In this document: positions 39,138 through 49,277 of the stretch, piece after piece
Layout: every line of letters starts with the position of its first letter
Numbering within the stretch: the first letter of the stretch is position 1
DNA from: a bacterium
GTDB lineage: Bacteria > Bacillota > Clostridia > Oscillospirales > CAG-272
Length of the DNA stretch: 64,000 nt
NCBI GenBank assembly: GCA_963628435.1
Contig: CAVGEY010000013.1
Span: forward strand, 471-64,470
Direction: 5' to 3'
The notes under the pieces: generated by a model
The model's input: only the letters and a program-made list of their open reading frames with translations
Database searches by the model: none
Told to the model about the DNA's origin: nothing
Position numbers and translations under genes: made by a program

Positions 39138-40964
39138 ATGAATGAAGTAAAGAAACCGAAAAAACCGCTGATTTATTATTACAGCATTGTTATGCTGATA
39201 ATACTTTTTTTCAACCTTATAATAGCGCCGACTATACAGCAGGCCAGAATAAAAGAGGTTGATTACGGTACTTTCATGTCAATGACCGAAAACAAAGAGA
39301 TAGGTGAAGTCGAAGTTCAGGATAACCGTATCCTGTTTACAGACAAAGACGGGAAAAAAATCTATAAAACCGGTAAAATGGACGATCCCGATCTTGTAAG
39401 CCGACTCAAAGAATCGGGTGCGAAATTCTCAAGCGAAATCATCGAAGAGATGTCGCCGATAGTCAGCTTTTTGCTGTCATGGCTGCTGCCGATTTTAATT
39501 TTTACCGCTATCGGACAGTTTATTTATAAGAAAATGCTGAGTAAAGCGTCGGGCGGCGACTCTTCCATGATGTTCAATATGGGCAAGAGCAATGCGAAAA
39601 TATATGTAAAATCATCGGATGGAATCAAATTCTCGGATGTTGCGGGAGAAGATGAAGCTAAGGAAAACCTTGCCGAAATCGTCGGATATCTGCACAATCC
39701 CGAAAAATATAAATCTATCGGTGCGTCAATGCCCAAAGGCGTGCTGCTTGTAGGCCCTCCCGGTACAGGTAAAACCATGCTCGCGAAAGCGGTCGCAGGT
39801 GAAGCCAATGTTCCGTTTTTCTCGATTTCGGGCTCCGAATTTGTCGAGATGTTTGTCGGAATGGGCGCATCAAAAGTGCGTGACCTTTTCAGACAGGCAA
39901 AAGAAAAAGCACCCTGTATAGTATTTATAGATGAGATAGACGCAATCGGGCAGAAACGTGACGGCAGGCTCGGCGGAAATGATGAACGTGAGCAGACTCT
40001 TAACCAACTTCTGACCGAGATGGACGGATTCGACGGCAATAACGGCGTAATTATTCTCGCCGCAACAAACCGTCCCGAATCTCTCGACCCCGCATTAACG
40101 CGTCCCGGCCGATTTGACAGAAGAGTCCCCGTCGAACTTCCCGACCTGAAGGGCAGAGAAGCAATTCTCCGCGTACATGCAAAGAAAATCAAGACGGCAG
40201 AGAATATTGATTATGAAAAAATCGCGAGAATGGCATCGGGTGCATCGGGCGCCGAACTTGCGAATATAATCAATGAGGGGGCGCTCAGGGCAATCCGCAG
40301 TTCGAGAACAGAGGTAACCGAAGAAGATCTCGAGGAAAGCATCGAAACCGTAATCGCCGGATATCAAAAGAAAAATGCCATTTTAACCGATAAAGAAAAA
40401 ATGATTGTATCGTATCACGAAATCGGCCATGCTCTTGTGGCGGCAATGCAGACAAACTCCGCTCCCGTTCAGAAAATTACGATTATTCCGCGAACTTCGG
40501 GAGCGCTCGGTTATACGATGCAGGTCGAAGAGGGAAATCATTACCTTGTAAGCAAGGAAGAACTCGAAAATAAGATTGTTACGCTGACAGGCGGCAGAGC
40601 AGCGGAAGAGGTTGCATGCGGCATCGTAACGACCGGCGCATCAAACGATATCGAGCAGGCAACAAAACTTGCGAGAGCCATGATATCCCGGTACGGAATG
40701 AGCGATAATTTCGATATGGTTGCGCTTGAAACGGTGACAAATAAATATCTCGGCGGCGATTCTTCGCTTGCCTGCTCGGAGCAAACTCAGACGATGATTG
40801 ACAATCAGGTTGTCGAAATAGTCAAAAACGCTCATGAAAAAGCATATAATATTCTTGCCGCAAACCGTGATAAACTTGACAGCCTCGCAAAATATCTCTA
40901 TGAAAAAGAAACGATTACGGGCGAGGAGTTTATGAACATACTTAATGCCTCGGCTGATACCTGA
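39138..40964 (+). CDS. ftsH: ATP-dependent zinc metalloprotease FtsH
   Basis: Two N-terminal TM helices, Walker A GPPGTGKT, the SRH motif [19 protein letters not shown] and the HEIGH zinc site. Confidence 0.97.
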   Translation: MNEVKKPKKPLIYYYSIVMLIILFFNLIIAPTIQQARIKEVDYGTFMSMTENKEIGEVEVQDNRILFTDKDGKKIYKTGKMDDPDLVSRLKESGAKFSSEIIEEMSPIVSFLLSWLLPILIFTAIGQFIYKKMLSKASGGDSSMMFNMGKSNAKIYVKSSDGIKFSDVAGEDEAKENLAEIVGYLHNPEKYKSIGASMPKGVLLVGPPGTGKTMLAKAVAGEANVPFFSISGSEFVEMFVGMGASKVRDLFRQAKEKAPCIVFIDEIDAIGQKRDGRLGGNDEREQTLNQLLTEMDGFDGNNGVIILAATNRPESLDPALTRPGRFDRRVPVELPDLKGREAILRVHAKKIKTAENIDYEKIARMASGASGAELANIINEGALRAIRSSRTEVTEEDLEESIETVIAGYQKKNAILTDKEKMIVSYHEIGHALVAAMQTNSAPVQKITIIPRTSGALGYTMQVEEGNHYLVSKEELENKIVTLTGGRAAEEVACGIVTTGASNDIEQATKLARAMISRYGMSDNFDMVALETVTNKYLGGDSSLACSEQTQTMIDNQVVEIVKNAHEKAYNILAANRDKLDSLAKYLYEKETITGEEFMNILNASADT

Positions 40965-40983
40965 TATTACGGATATAAAAACA

Positions 40984-41026
40984 AAAGCATCTGCTTCTGA
41001 AGCGAAACAGATGCTTTTTGTTTTTC
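40984..41026. terminator. Terminator after ftsH (convergent with rpe)
   Basis: AAAGCATCTG ... CAGATGCTTT forms a 10-bp stem followed by TTGTTTTT. Confidence 0.8.
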
Positions 41027-41046
41027 ATAAGATGTTTGAGGCCGGA

Positions 41047-41697
41047 TTATCTTAAATGTTCGATGGCATCTCCGTAATCGGCTTTGCCGAATACCGCCGA
41101 ACCGGCAACAACGACATTGACACCCGATGCACGGACCGCGCTCACATTTGCCTGCGAAATCCCGCCGTCCATTTCTATGTCGAAATCAAGATTTTCCCGC
41201 ACTCTTAACGATACCGCCTCTTCGGCTTTTTTCAGTGCTTCCGGCATAAATTTCTGACCGCCGAATCCGGGCTCAACCGACATTATCAGCAGTAAATCGA
41301 TAAGATTCGCATACTTCTCGATGTCGGCGATAGGTGTTTTCGGCTTGATTGCCAAACCGACACGGCAGCCGTGATTTCTGATTTCGGCTATTGTTTTTTC
41401 GACATCTTCTGCCGCCTCAAGATGAAAGCATATCAAATCCGCACCCGCAGATGCAAAGTCCGGAATGTATCTGATCGGCTCGTTTATCATCAAATGAACA
41501 TCGAAGAACAGCCCCGAATTTTTTCTTATGCACTTGTATACCGGAGCTCCGAATGAAATGTTCGGCACGAATGAGCCGTCCATAACATCAATATGAAGCC
41601 ATTCGGCTCCCGCCTTTTCGACAGCCGATACTTCCTCTCCGAGCCTTGAAAAATCGGCGGCAAGTATCGACGGCGATACAATATTTTTTCTTTCCAT
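41047..41697 (-). CDS. rpe: Ribulose-phosphate 3-epimerase
   Basis: Motifs SPSILAADF, HIDVMDGSFVPN, VHLM, MSVEPGFGGQKF and DGGI. Confidence 0.95.
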   Translation of the reverse strand: MERKNIVSPSILAADFSRLGEEVSAVEKAGAEWLHIDVMDGSFVPNISFGAPVYKCIRKNSGLFFDVHLMINEPIRYIPDFASAGADLICFHLEAAEDVEKTIAEIRNHGCRVGLAIKPKTPIADIEKYANLIDLLLIMSVEPGFGGQKFMPEALKKAEEAVSLRVRENLDFDIEMDGGISQANVSAVRASGVNVVVAGSAVFGKADYGDAIEHLR

Positions 41698-41759
41698 GAT
41701 TTGATTGTTCCTTTTTCAAAAAGTAAATTTAAGACCGAAATCGATCCGATAATCTGAAA

Positions 41760-42242
41760 TCAACCCGTTATCAGCAGACAAACGGCGTGCGCCGCGATTC
41801 CATCGCCGCTGCCCGTAAATCCGAGCTTTTCTTCTGTTGTGGCCTTAATACTGATTCGGCTGATATCTGTTTCAAGCGTCTCGGCGATTTTTAATCGCAT
41901 TTTGTCAATATACGGAGCAAGCTTCGGCGCCTCGGCGATTATTGTAGCATCAATATTCGAAATACGCCAACCATTGCCGTAAACGATTTCTTTTACTTTT
42001 GAACAAAGCATGAGACTGTCGGCACCGAGATAGCGGTCGTCATTGTCGGGAAACAGCTTTCCGATGTCGCCGAGTGCCAAAGCACCGAGCATCGCGTCCA
42101 TAATCGCATGCAGAAGCACATCCGCATCCGAATGGCCGAGCAGCCCCTTTTCGTAGTCTATTTTCACTCCGCCGATAATAAGATCCCGATCTTTTGCAAG
42201 TCTGTGTACATCGTAGCCGTGACCGATTCTGATATCATTCAT
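41760..42242 (-). CDS. ispF: 2-C-methyl-D-erythritol 2,4-cyclodiphosphate synthase
   Basis: Motifs [32 protein letters not shown] and ATTTEKLGFTG. Confidence 0.95.
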   Translation of the reverse strand: MNDIRIGHGYDVHRLAKDRDLIIGGVKIDYEKGLLGHSDADVLLHAIMDAMLGALALGDIGKLFPDNDDRYLGADSLMLCSKVKEIVYGNGWRISNIDATIIAEAPKLAPYIDKMRLKIAETLETDISRISIKATTEEKLGFTGSGDGIAAHAVCLLITG

Positions 42243-42996
42243 CTTTTTTCAAGTCCTCTCTGTTTTTGATTATCGCCTCTGCAAAAATCAAATCTTCGGG
42301 AGATGTAATTTTGATGTTCGAATAGCCGCAGTCTACGAGCTTGACGGTAAATCCCGCGTGCTCGACTATCGAACAGTCATCGGTCGCTTTGAAATTGTCC
42401 TTTTCGGAAACCGATATCGCCGCACGATATAAATCGGCATAAAAAACCTGAGGTGTCTGAATAATCCATACCTTGTCGCGGTCAAGAGTTCTGTCGACAA
42501 AATCGCCGAGCGCAGACAACTTGACCGTGTCCTTGCTTTTGACACCCGCCGTCGCAGAACGGCGGTCAAATCCGGCAAGCACGACCTTTTTTATCTGCTC
42601 AGCCGTTATAAGCGGACGCGCGCCGTCGTGAATTGCAATAAAATCGGTTTCATCGGAAATTTCGCAGAATCCTTTCAGAACCGATTCCTGCCGCGTTTCT
42701 CCGCCGGCAATAATTTTTGTTACCTTTTCGATGTTGTATTTTTTGAGCAGACTCGGATAAATTGAAACCTCATCCTCGCGTGCGACAATTATTATCTCAT
42801 CGATATACTCGCTCTCCTCGAACGGAAGGACAGAGCGTATTACAACCGGTATGCCGCAAAGATCCAGCATCTGTTTGGTAACATTCGAATTCATTCTGCT
42901 GCCGTTTCCCGCCGCCACAATTATCGCGGTTGTATGATGATGCTTTGAACCTGAAAATGCGCGCATCACTTCGCCGATTTTGTCATGTAATGCCAT
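42235..42996 (-). CDS. ispD: 2-C-methyl-D-erythritol 4-phosphate cytidylyltransferase
   Basis: [12 protein letters not shown] and HDGARPL are present. The gene overlaps ispF by 8 nt. An alternative start at 42966 is possible. Confidence 0.9.
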   Translation of the reverse strand: MALHDKIGEVMRAFSGSKHHHTTAIIVAAGNGSRMNSNVTKQMLDLCGIPVVIRSVLPFEESEYIDEIIIVAREDEVSIYPSLLKKYNIEKVTKIIAGGETRQESVLKGFCEISDETDFIAIHDGARPLITAEQIKKVVLAGFDRRSATAGVKSKDTVKLSALGDFVDRTLDRDKVWIIQTPQVFYADLYRAAISVSEKDNFKATDDCSIVEHAGFTVKLVDCGYSNIKITSPEDLIFAEAIIKNREDLKKDE

Positions 42997-43056
42997 TTTT
43001 TATGACCATACCTTTCTTTTGACGAATCGAATGATTTTTCGTCTTTTGCAGCCGAA

Positions 43057-44394
43057 CTATATTCTGTATATACCGTCGCCTTCACAGTATATTGCGGTCT
43101 CATAAAATGCTTTTATCGCCTTTTTAAGATAGAGAATATCTGCCGTTCCCGCAGTTTCGTATGCGGAATGCATCGCAAGCTGCGCAAGACCTATGTCGAC
43201 CGTGTTCAGCGAAACCTGAGTTTGTGAAATATTTCCGAGCGTCGATCCGCCGGCAAGATCCGAGCGATTTGCGAAAACCTGTACGGGGACATCGGCCTTT
43301 TTGCAGATTTCCCCGAATATTGCGGCAGACAGCGCATCGGTTGTGTATCTCTGATTGGCATTGTATTTGATTACCACGCCCTTGTTCATAAAAGGCGAAT
43401 TGTCACAGTCGGAAAGTTCGGGATGATTCGGATGTTTCGCATGACCGTTGTCTGCCGATACCATGAATGATTTCGCAATCATCCGCTGATATTCATCTCC
43501 GCTTATGTTAAGAGCGGAGCATATCCTTCTCAGCGTGTCGTAAAGGAAGGTTGATGCCGCTCCCTGCTTTGACTGACTTCCCGTTTCCTCGTTGTCGAAT
43601 ACGGCATATACAGGTATGACGCCCTTTGTCGGCTCGGATGATATGAACCCCTCGAAACTGCCGAACGCGCAGCCTAAATTATCAATTCTCGGTGCAGAAA
43701 AGAATTCGCCCGAAAGACCGATAAATGCCGCTTTTGTACGGTTGTAGAGATATAAATCGGATGCAACGATGTCTTCTGCCGAAACATTTGCACAGTCGGC
43801 AATTTCTTTTTCAAGCGCACCCGTTTCCGCCGCATCTCCGATAATGGGAAGCAGGTCGGTTTGCGCGTTGTATCTGTAACCGTCGTTTATTGTTCTGTTG
43901 AAATGTATGCAGACATTCGGAATTATCGCTACATCACGGTCTATATTGACCGTTTTCGATTCAAATCGGCCGTCTTTTTTGATAATGACTCTTCCCGCTA
44001 TCGACAGAGGACGGTCAAACCAGCTCGACATAATCATACCGCCGTATTTTTCGGTATTTAATTTTGTGTAGTTGCCGAGAGCCGTTATCTCACCGTTGCT
44101 TTTGATTCTGAACATCGGCGAATCGCTGTGACTTGCGCATATCATAAACGAGTCGGTTGTGTCGCCTTTTTCTTTCGGAATTTCGAAGGCGATTATCGAC
44201 GAACGGTTTCTTGTAACATAATATTTTCCGCCGCGTACAATATCGAATTTTCCGCTTTCCTCAAGTCTTGTGTATCCTATCTCGTCAAGCCTCATTGAAA
44301 TGTTTTCAACCGCGTGAAAAGCGGTCGGGCTTTTCTCTATAAACGACATAAGCGATGCCGCACAGTCGGTAAATGATTTGTCAAATTTATTCAT
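43057..44394 (-). CDS. M18 family aminopeptidase
   Basis: The N-terminus FIEKSPTAFHAV, plus ASHSDSP, FDNEETGS and the C-terminal ELAMHSAYE-like motif (LAQLAMHSAYETAG). The start is set at MNKFDK; the ORF-track extension to 44493 is unlikely. Confidence 0.85.
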   Translation of the reverse strand: MNKFDKSFTDCAASLMSFIEKSPTAFHAVENISMRLDEIGYTRLEESGKFDIVRGGKYYVTRNRSSIIAFEIPKEKGDTTDSFMICASHSDSPMFRIKSNGEITALGNYTKLNTEKYGGMIMSSWFDRPLSIAGRVIIKKDGRFESKTVNIDRDVAIIPNVCIHFNRTINDGYRYNAQTDLLPIIGDAAETGALEKEIADCANVSAEDIVASDLYLYNRTKAAFIGLSGEFFSAPRIDNLGCAFGSFEGFISSEPTKGVIPVYAVFDNEETGSQSKQGAASTFLYDTLRRICSALNISGDEYQRMIAKSFMVSADNGHAKHPNHPELSDCDNSPFMNKGVVIKYNANQRYTTDALSAAIFGEICKKADVPVQVFANRSDLAGGSTLGNISQTQVSLNTVDIGLAQLAMHSAYETAGTADILYLKKAIKAFYETAIYCEGDGIYRI

Positions 44395-44594
44395 AATAAT
44401 AACCGTACCTTTCAGCCTGAATTCGAAATTTTCAATACATCTGACTTTCGCCGAAAATATAAATAATTTTGTACTTTCTAATGATTTTATCACAAATCAA
44501 AATCGATTTCAAGAGATTTGCCGCTAATATTTGAATTATGGTATGCGTTCATAAAAAGTTTGCCGTTTGATAAAAAATATGTGAAATCTTCACA

Positions 44595-44623
44595 TTGATT
44601 TTAGGTCGATAATGTGGTATAAT
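44595..44623 (+). promoter_or_regulatory. Putative sigma-A promoter of the Big_2 lipoprotein gene
   Basis: TTGATT-17 nt-TATAAT with a TGn extension. This would give a leader of about 185 nt. Confidence 0.55.
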
Positions 44624-44812
44624 CCGAAATAAAGAATAAACTGCCGATTTATTGATAAAAAATCGGTGCTTTTCTTTGAAAAAATCGAAAAATTAAAGTG
44701 TCATATTGTTTCCGATTTGTTTTTCGGATATCGGCTTTTGCATGCTTAAAGTAAAACTATGATAATCATTTTCAAGCGGCCGAAAGCGTCAAAAACTTTT
44801 ACAGAGAAAGGT

Positions 44813-46924
44813 ATGGTAACAAAAGTGAAGAGAATATACAGATATCTTTGCATAATTCTTTGTATTGCGTCTGTGCTCTGCCTTTTTGCCGGATGTAAAA
44901 CCGAGCAAAAAGATGAAACGACTGCAAAACAGACCACCGAAAAGCCCAGGGAGGGCATAGCGGTTGATAAATCATCGGTAATAATTGCCGTCGGTCAGAC
45001 CGAAAAACTTACGGCCACATTGCTCTCGACGGGCGATGAAACATCGAATGTAATATGGGAGTCGACAGACACCGCTGTCGCAACCGTGAATCCGTCGGGC
45101 GTGATTACAGGCGTTTCCGAGGGAACGACAACGGTAACCGCATCCACAATCGATAATAAATATACCGTAAGCTGTCAGGTTACGGTCACGGCGTCACTGT
45201 CCGGCATAAGTATCGAGGGCGATCTTAAAATCAACATAGGCGAAACAAAGAAAATCGAGGTAAAAACAGTTCCCGAAAATATAGCGGTATCTCTTAATTG
45301 GCAGTCAACAGTCGAAAATGTTGTCATGGTTTCGGATGACGGAAGCGTCACGGGACTTATGAGCGGAACATCAACCGTCATTGCCACAACTGCCGACGGA
45401 AAATATACGGCTACCTGCAACGTGACGGTAATGAATCCGGTTTCGTCGATTGAATTTGAAGAAACAAATATAAAGATAAACAAAGGAATCAGCAAAAAAC
45501 TCGATTATAACGTAAATCCCATTGATGCGACCGGACAGTCGTTTACATGGGAGAGTTCGGATAATAATGTTGCGGCTGTATCCGAAGCTGGAGTCGTTAC
45601 GGCTCTTGCCACCGGTACCGTAACAATTAAAATAACAGCGCCCAACGGCGTCAGCGCAACCTGTATCGTGGAGGTTACAACGTCAGTAACCGGAATTGAA
45701 CTTGATAAATCCGAGCTGACGATTGAAATAGGCCTTACAGGGGAACTTACAGCAACCGTACTTCCGGAGGACGCATCGGTTCAGACGGTAATTTGGACAT
45801 CTTCCGATCCTAAAATCGTGTCTGTCGGTGAGGACGGAATACTGACGGCCCTTAAAGTCGGCTCGGTTGTCATTACCGCATCCACACTTGACGGCAGTAT
45901 GAGCGCAGAATGTAATGTCACGGTCATTGATCCGTCGGTGTCGATTTCGTTTGAGCAGTCGGAGGTTACGCTGAAACTCGGAAACGAAACAGAAGATCAT
46001 ATGACTCTCGTTCCGATCGTTACACCCGCAAATGCCGATGAAACTTTCACATGGGTTTCCTCGGATGATAAAATTGTTACCGTCAGCGCATCCGGCGTTA
46101 TAAGAGCAAAAGAACTCGGAAGCGCGGTTATTACCGTCAAGGGATCTTCCGGCGCCGTGGCAGAGCTTACTGTAACGGTCGAAAAAGCGCCGATATTTAT
46201 ATCGGTCGAATCGGTAACGGTGATTTCGGATGAACTCGAAAGAGAGGGAATGATAACGGTAAGCGAAGGGCAGTATGTTAATCTCGGTGTAAAGATAAGC
46301 CCCGCAAGCGCAACCGATCAGACATATACATTTACAACGTCAACGGCCGCCGTAAAGATAAAGGACGGTAAACTCTTCGGCATCAAGTCGGGAACCGCAA
46401 TCATTACTGTTGTGGCAAATAATAAGGGCGGTAAAAAGATTTCTTCCGAGCAGATTATAATTCGCGTTACCGCAATCGACAGCGACTCGAAAAATCAGGC
46501 AATAAGCGAATATAATTCCAAACTTACGGCGGAAAATGAACTTAACGGCAATAATACGGCAAATATTACCGCAAAATATCAGCCAAAAATAACGGAACTC
46601 GAAAATAAAATAAACAGCCTGTCGGTAACCGAGGAAGATTTGACCGCTGCCGAGGCGGAACTCAAAGTTTATGAGAATAACCTTAAGAAAGCCGAGGAAA
46701 GCGGCAATGCAGATGAAATCGAAAAATGCCGCGGAAAGGTAACCGAGTGCAGCGGAAGAATCGCCGATATAAAGAAGGATCTTTCCGCACGTTCGGATGC
46801 AGAGTCTCAGCTTAAAACCGTAAAGAATAAATATAACAGCGAGCTTGCCGATGAAAAGAGCCGCCATGATGACGCGGTTGCGAAGCTGAAAGAAGAATAC
46901 GATTATATTCAGCGTTATCTTTGA
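44813..46924 (+). CDS. Surface lipoprotein with six Big_2 (bacterial Ig-like group 2) domains and a C-terminal coiled coil
   Basis: AAAGG RBS and a lipobox in LCLFAGC. Six ~84-aa repeats end in patterns such as T..C.VTV. The last 150 aa are heptad-rich, K/E-rich coiled coil. Confidence 0.8.
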   Translation: MVTKVKRIYRYLCIILCIASVLCLFAGCKTEQKDETTAKQTTEKPREGIAVDKSSVIIAVGQTEKLTATLLSTGDETSNVIWESTDTAVATVNPSGVITGVSEGTTTVTASTIDNKYTVSCQVTVTASLSGISIEGDLKINIGETKKIEVKTVPENIAVSLNWQSTVENVVMVSDDGSVTGLMSGTSTVIATTADGKYTATCNVTVMNPVSSIEFEETNIKINKGISKKLDYNVNPIDATGQSFTWESSDNNVAAVSEAGVVTALATGTVTIKITAPNGVSATCIVEVTTSVTGIELDKSELTIEIGLTGELTATVLPEDASVQTVIWTSSDPKIVSVGEDGILTALKVGSVVITASTLDGSMSAECNVTVIDPSVSISFEQSEVTLKLGNETEDHMTLVPIVTPANADETFTWVSSDDKIVTVSASGVIRAKELGSAVITVKGSSGAVAELTVTVEKAPIFISVESVTVISDELEREGMITVSEGQYVNLGVKISPASATDQTYTFTTSTAAVKIKDGKLFGIKSGTAIITVVANNKGGKKISSEQIIIRVTAIDSDSKNQAISEYNSKLTAENELNGNNTANITAKYQPKITELENKINSLSVTEEDLTAAEAELKVYENNLKKAEESGNADEIEKCRGKVTECSGRIADIKKDLSARSDAESQLKTVKNKYNSELADEKSRHDDAVAKLKEEYDYIQRYL
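44957..46471 (+). repeat. Tandem array of six diverged Big_2 domain-coding modules (~250 bp each)
   Basis: At protein level the recurring pattern is I.....(L/I)....G....L.....P.......(W/F).S(S/T)D..(V/I)(A/V)(T/A)V...G(V/I)(V/I)T(A/G)...G(T/S)..(V/I)...(T/A).(D/N)G....C.V.V. Confidence 0.75.
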
Positions 46925-46947
46925 GCTTTAATTCAAAAGCAGACAAT

Positions 46948-46985
46948 AAAAAATTTCCCGATGCATTGCATCGGGAAATTTTTTA
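46948..46985. terminator. Bidirectional terminator
   Basis: AAAAAATTTCCCGATGC-ATT-GCATCGGGAAATTTTTT is a symmetric A/T-flanked hairpin. Confidence 0.9.
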
Positions 46986-47016
46986 TTTGATTTGAAAACA
47001 GCGTGAGCGGACTCTG

Positions 47017-47499
47017 TCAGTCTGCATCCCCGTCGCCGTCATCGTCATCGCTTATTTCAAAAGAGAACAGCTTGTTGCAGTTCGGGCAGCGGATTTCTTT
47101 TCTGTCGAGAAGAGATTCGTCAAAGTAGATGTTTTCTCCGCATTCGGGACATTCGACTTCAAAAACATCGCCGTCATCGTCATCTTCCTCGTCTGAAGAA
47201 TCGTCATCTTCTTCGTCTGCATATTCATCTTCGAATTCGCCGTCATCTTCGTATCCGTCGGAATCGTCATCGCAGTCTGTACCGCAAATGACATCCTCAA
47301 CATCGCCGAGATCGGAATCAAGCTCCGAAAGATATTCCTCGAGATTGTCCATTCTGTCCGAAATGCTGTCGTCAACCTCGCACATGTCACCGAGTATTTC
47401 CACAACCGAAGCAAGTATCTTTTTTTCGGGTGTGTCCGACTTGAAATCAAGACCTTCCATCAGTCCCTTAAGATATGCTATTTTTTCGTTTACAGTCAT
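47017..47499 (-). CDS. Acidic zinc-ribbon protein (CD1247 N-terminal-domain-like), function unknown
   Basis: A helical N-terminus (MTVNEKIAYLKGLMEGL) is followed by ~60 aa of D/E-rich low-complexity linker. A CPECG...CPNCN zinc ribbon and an acidic tail complete it. The gene lies immediately downstream of efp on the same strand. Confidence 0.7.
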   Translation of the reverse strand: MTVNEKIAYLKGLMEGLDFKSDTPEKKILASVVEILGDMCEVDDSISDRMDNLEEYLSELDSDLGDVEDVICGTDCDDDSDGYEDDGEFEDEYADEEDDDSSDEEDDDDGDVFEVECPECGENIYFDESLLDRKEIRCPNCNKLFSFEISDDDDGDGDAD

Positions 47500-47532
47500 A
47501 TAACCAACCTCCGATTTAATATTATCCGGCGA

Positions 47533-48099
47533 TTATGCTCTGGACAGATATTCGCCTGTTCTGGTGTCGATTTTGATTTTTTCGCCGGGGCCTACAAACA
47601 GCGGAACCTTAATCTGAGCGCCTGTCTCAAGAGTTGCGGGCTTCAGAGTATTTGTAGCCGTATTTCCGGCAAATCCGGGATCTGTTTCTGTGATTTCAAG
47701 CTCAACGAATGTGGGCGGCTCAACGCCGAATACCTTTCCTTTGTAGGAAAGAAGCTTGCAAATCATTTCTTCTTTTACGAACTTGAATGCATCGGGAAGG
47801 ACATCACGGTTTACGGGTGTCTGTTCGTAAGTCTCCTGATCCATAAAGTAATAAAGCTCACCGTCGTTGTAAAGATACTGCATATCTTTTCTCTCGATAT
47901 AAGCGGTCTCGAATTTTGCCGTAGGGTTGAAAGATGTTTCTGTTACGGCACCGGTGAGTACGTTTTTCATCTTGGTTCTGACAAATGCGGCGCCTTTACC
48001 GGGCTTGACATGCTGGAATTCTATAACCTGCATAACCTTTCCGTCCATCTCAAAGGTAACGCCGTTGCGGAAATCACCCGCAGTAATAGCAGTTCCCAT
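47533..48099 (-). CDS. efp: Elongation factor P
   Basis: [35 protein letters not shown] includes the KPGKG loop. GGAGG lies 8 nt before ATG 48099. Confidence 0.95.
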   Translation of the reverse strand: MGTAITAGDFRNGVTFEMDGKVMQVIEFQHVKPGKGAAFVRTKMKNVLTGAVTETSFNPTAKFETAYIERKDMQYLYNDGELYYFMDQETYEQTPVNRDVLPDAFKFVKEEMICKLLSYKGKVFGVEPPTFVELEITETDPGFAGNTATNTLKPATLETGAQIKVPLFVGPGEKIKIDTRTGEYLSRA

Positions 48100-48194
48100 A
48101 CTGAAAACCTCCATAAATGTTTTATAAAATATCTAATGTATTGTACTACAATTCAATTCAATTTTCAAGTGTTTTTTATAAAAAAAACCGTTTA

Positions 48195-49262
48195 TCAAAG
48201 AATTATGAGATTTTTGGGACTTTTTGTTATGTCAACAGCACCTTTTTCGGTAAAAATGACCATATCTTCGATGCGTACGCCGAATTTTCCGCCGATGTAA
48301 ATACCCGGTTCACAGGTGACAACATGGCCGATGTCCATTTCGACTTCGCCGCTTCGGCTGACATAGGGAGCTTCATGAATGTCCATTCCGACTCCGTGAC
48401 CGAGTCCGTGTCCGAAACAGTCGCCGTATCCGGCTTTTGTGATAACCGAACGTGCAACCCCGTCAAGCTCTTTTCCGGTTTTGCCCACGGCGTATGCGTC
48501 AAGAGCGGTAAGCTGTGCCTCAAGAACGGTTTCGTAAACTTTTTTCATTTCGTCGGTGCATTTGCCGACACATACGGTTCGTGTCATATCCGAGCAATAG
48601 CCGTTGTACAGCGCGCCGAAATCCATTGTCAAAAATCCCTCCTCGATTTTTCTGTCACGCGGAACGCCGTGCGGACGCGAAGATGCGCTTCCCGATACCG
48701 CGATCGTGTCAAAGGAAACCGATTTCGCTCCGTGAGAACGCATGTAAAATTCGAGTTCAAGCGCGATTTCAATCTCTGTGCGGTCCGGATTTATGTATCC
48801 CAAAATGTGTTCGAACGCCGAATCGGCGATTTTTTGCGCGGTAATGATGGTGGATATTTCGTCTGCATCTTTCTTCATGCGCATTCTTCCGATTGCACCG
48901 TCCGACGGTATCATTCGGTATTCCGCAAGCATGCCGGCCTCATATTTTGCCTTTTCGAGACATGTCAGCGAGTCTTCCTCGTAGGCAAGTGTTTTGACAT
49001 TCTCGGAGTCGAGTATCTCTCTGACCGAAGCGGAAGGGAAATGCTGATCGATTTGAATAACCCTAACATTTGAGAATGCTTGTTCGCGTGCCGCCTCAAT
49101 GTACCGAAAATCGGTTAACATGTATGTGTTTTTTCTCGTAACAATCACAAATCCGTCGGTAAAATCAAATCCCGAAAGATATTTCTGATTTTTGCAGTTT
49201 GTTACAATAATTCCGTCGGCGCTCTCCGGGAGCTCCGACATAAGACGTTCGGATCTCGTCAT
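48195..49262 (-). CDS. M24 family Xaa-Pro aminopeptidase
   Basis: The metal ligands sit in DFGALYNGYCSDMTRT, GHGLGHGVGMDIHE and TCEPGIY..G.FGVRIED. Its position upstream of efp is conserved in Firmicutes. Confidence 0.88.
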   Translation of the reverse strand: MTRSERLMSELPESADGIIVTNCKNQKYLSGFDFTDGFVIVTRKNTYMLTDFRYIEAAREQAFSNVRVIQIDQHFPSASVREILDSENVKTLAYEEDSLTCLEKAKYEAGMLAEYRMIPSDGAIGRMRMKKDADEISTIITAQKIADSAFEHILGYINPDRTEIEIALELEFYMRSHGAKSVSFDTIAVSGSASSRPHGVPRDRKIEEGFLTMDFGALYNGYCSDMTRTVCVGKCTDEMKKVYETVLEAQLTALDAYAVGKTGKELDGVARSVITKAGYGDCFGHGLGHGVGMDIHEAPYVSRSGEVEMDIGHVVTCEPGIYIGGKFGVRIEDMVIFTEKGAVDITKSPKNLIIL

Positions 49263-49277
49263 AATTTTTTCCTTCTT

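Noticed and set aside
47129-47503. Ser-rich 124-aa plus-strand ORF
   Set aside because: It is the mirror image of the GAT/GAA-rich acidic linker of the zinc-ribbon gene on the minus strand. The minus-strand frame has the RBS, the helical domain and the C4 ribbon.
48117-49073. 318-aa plus-strand ORF opposite the Xaa-Pro aminopeptidase gene
   Set aside because: The minus-strand frame carries the complete M24 metal-ligand motif set. The plus-strand product is Cys/Arg/Phe-rich with no motifs. It is a shadow ORF.
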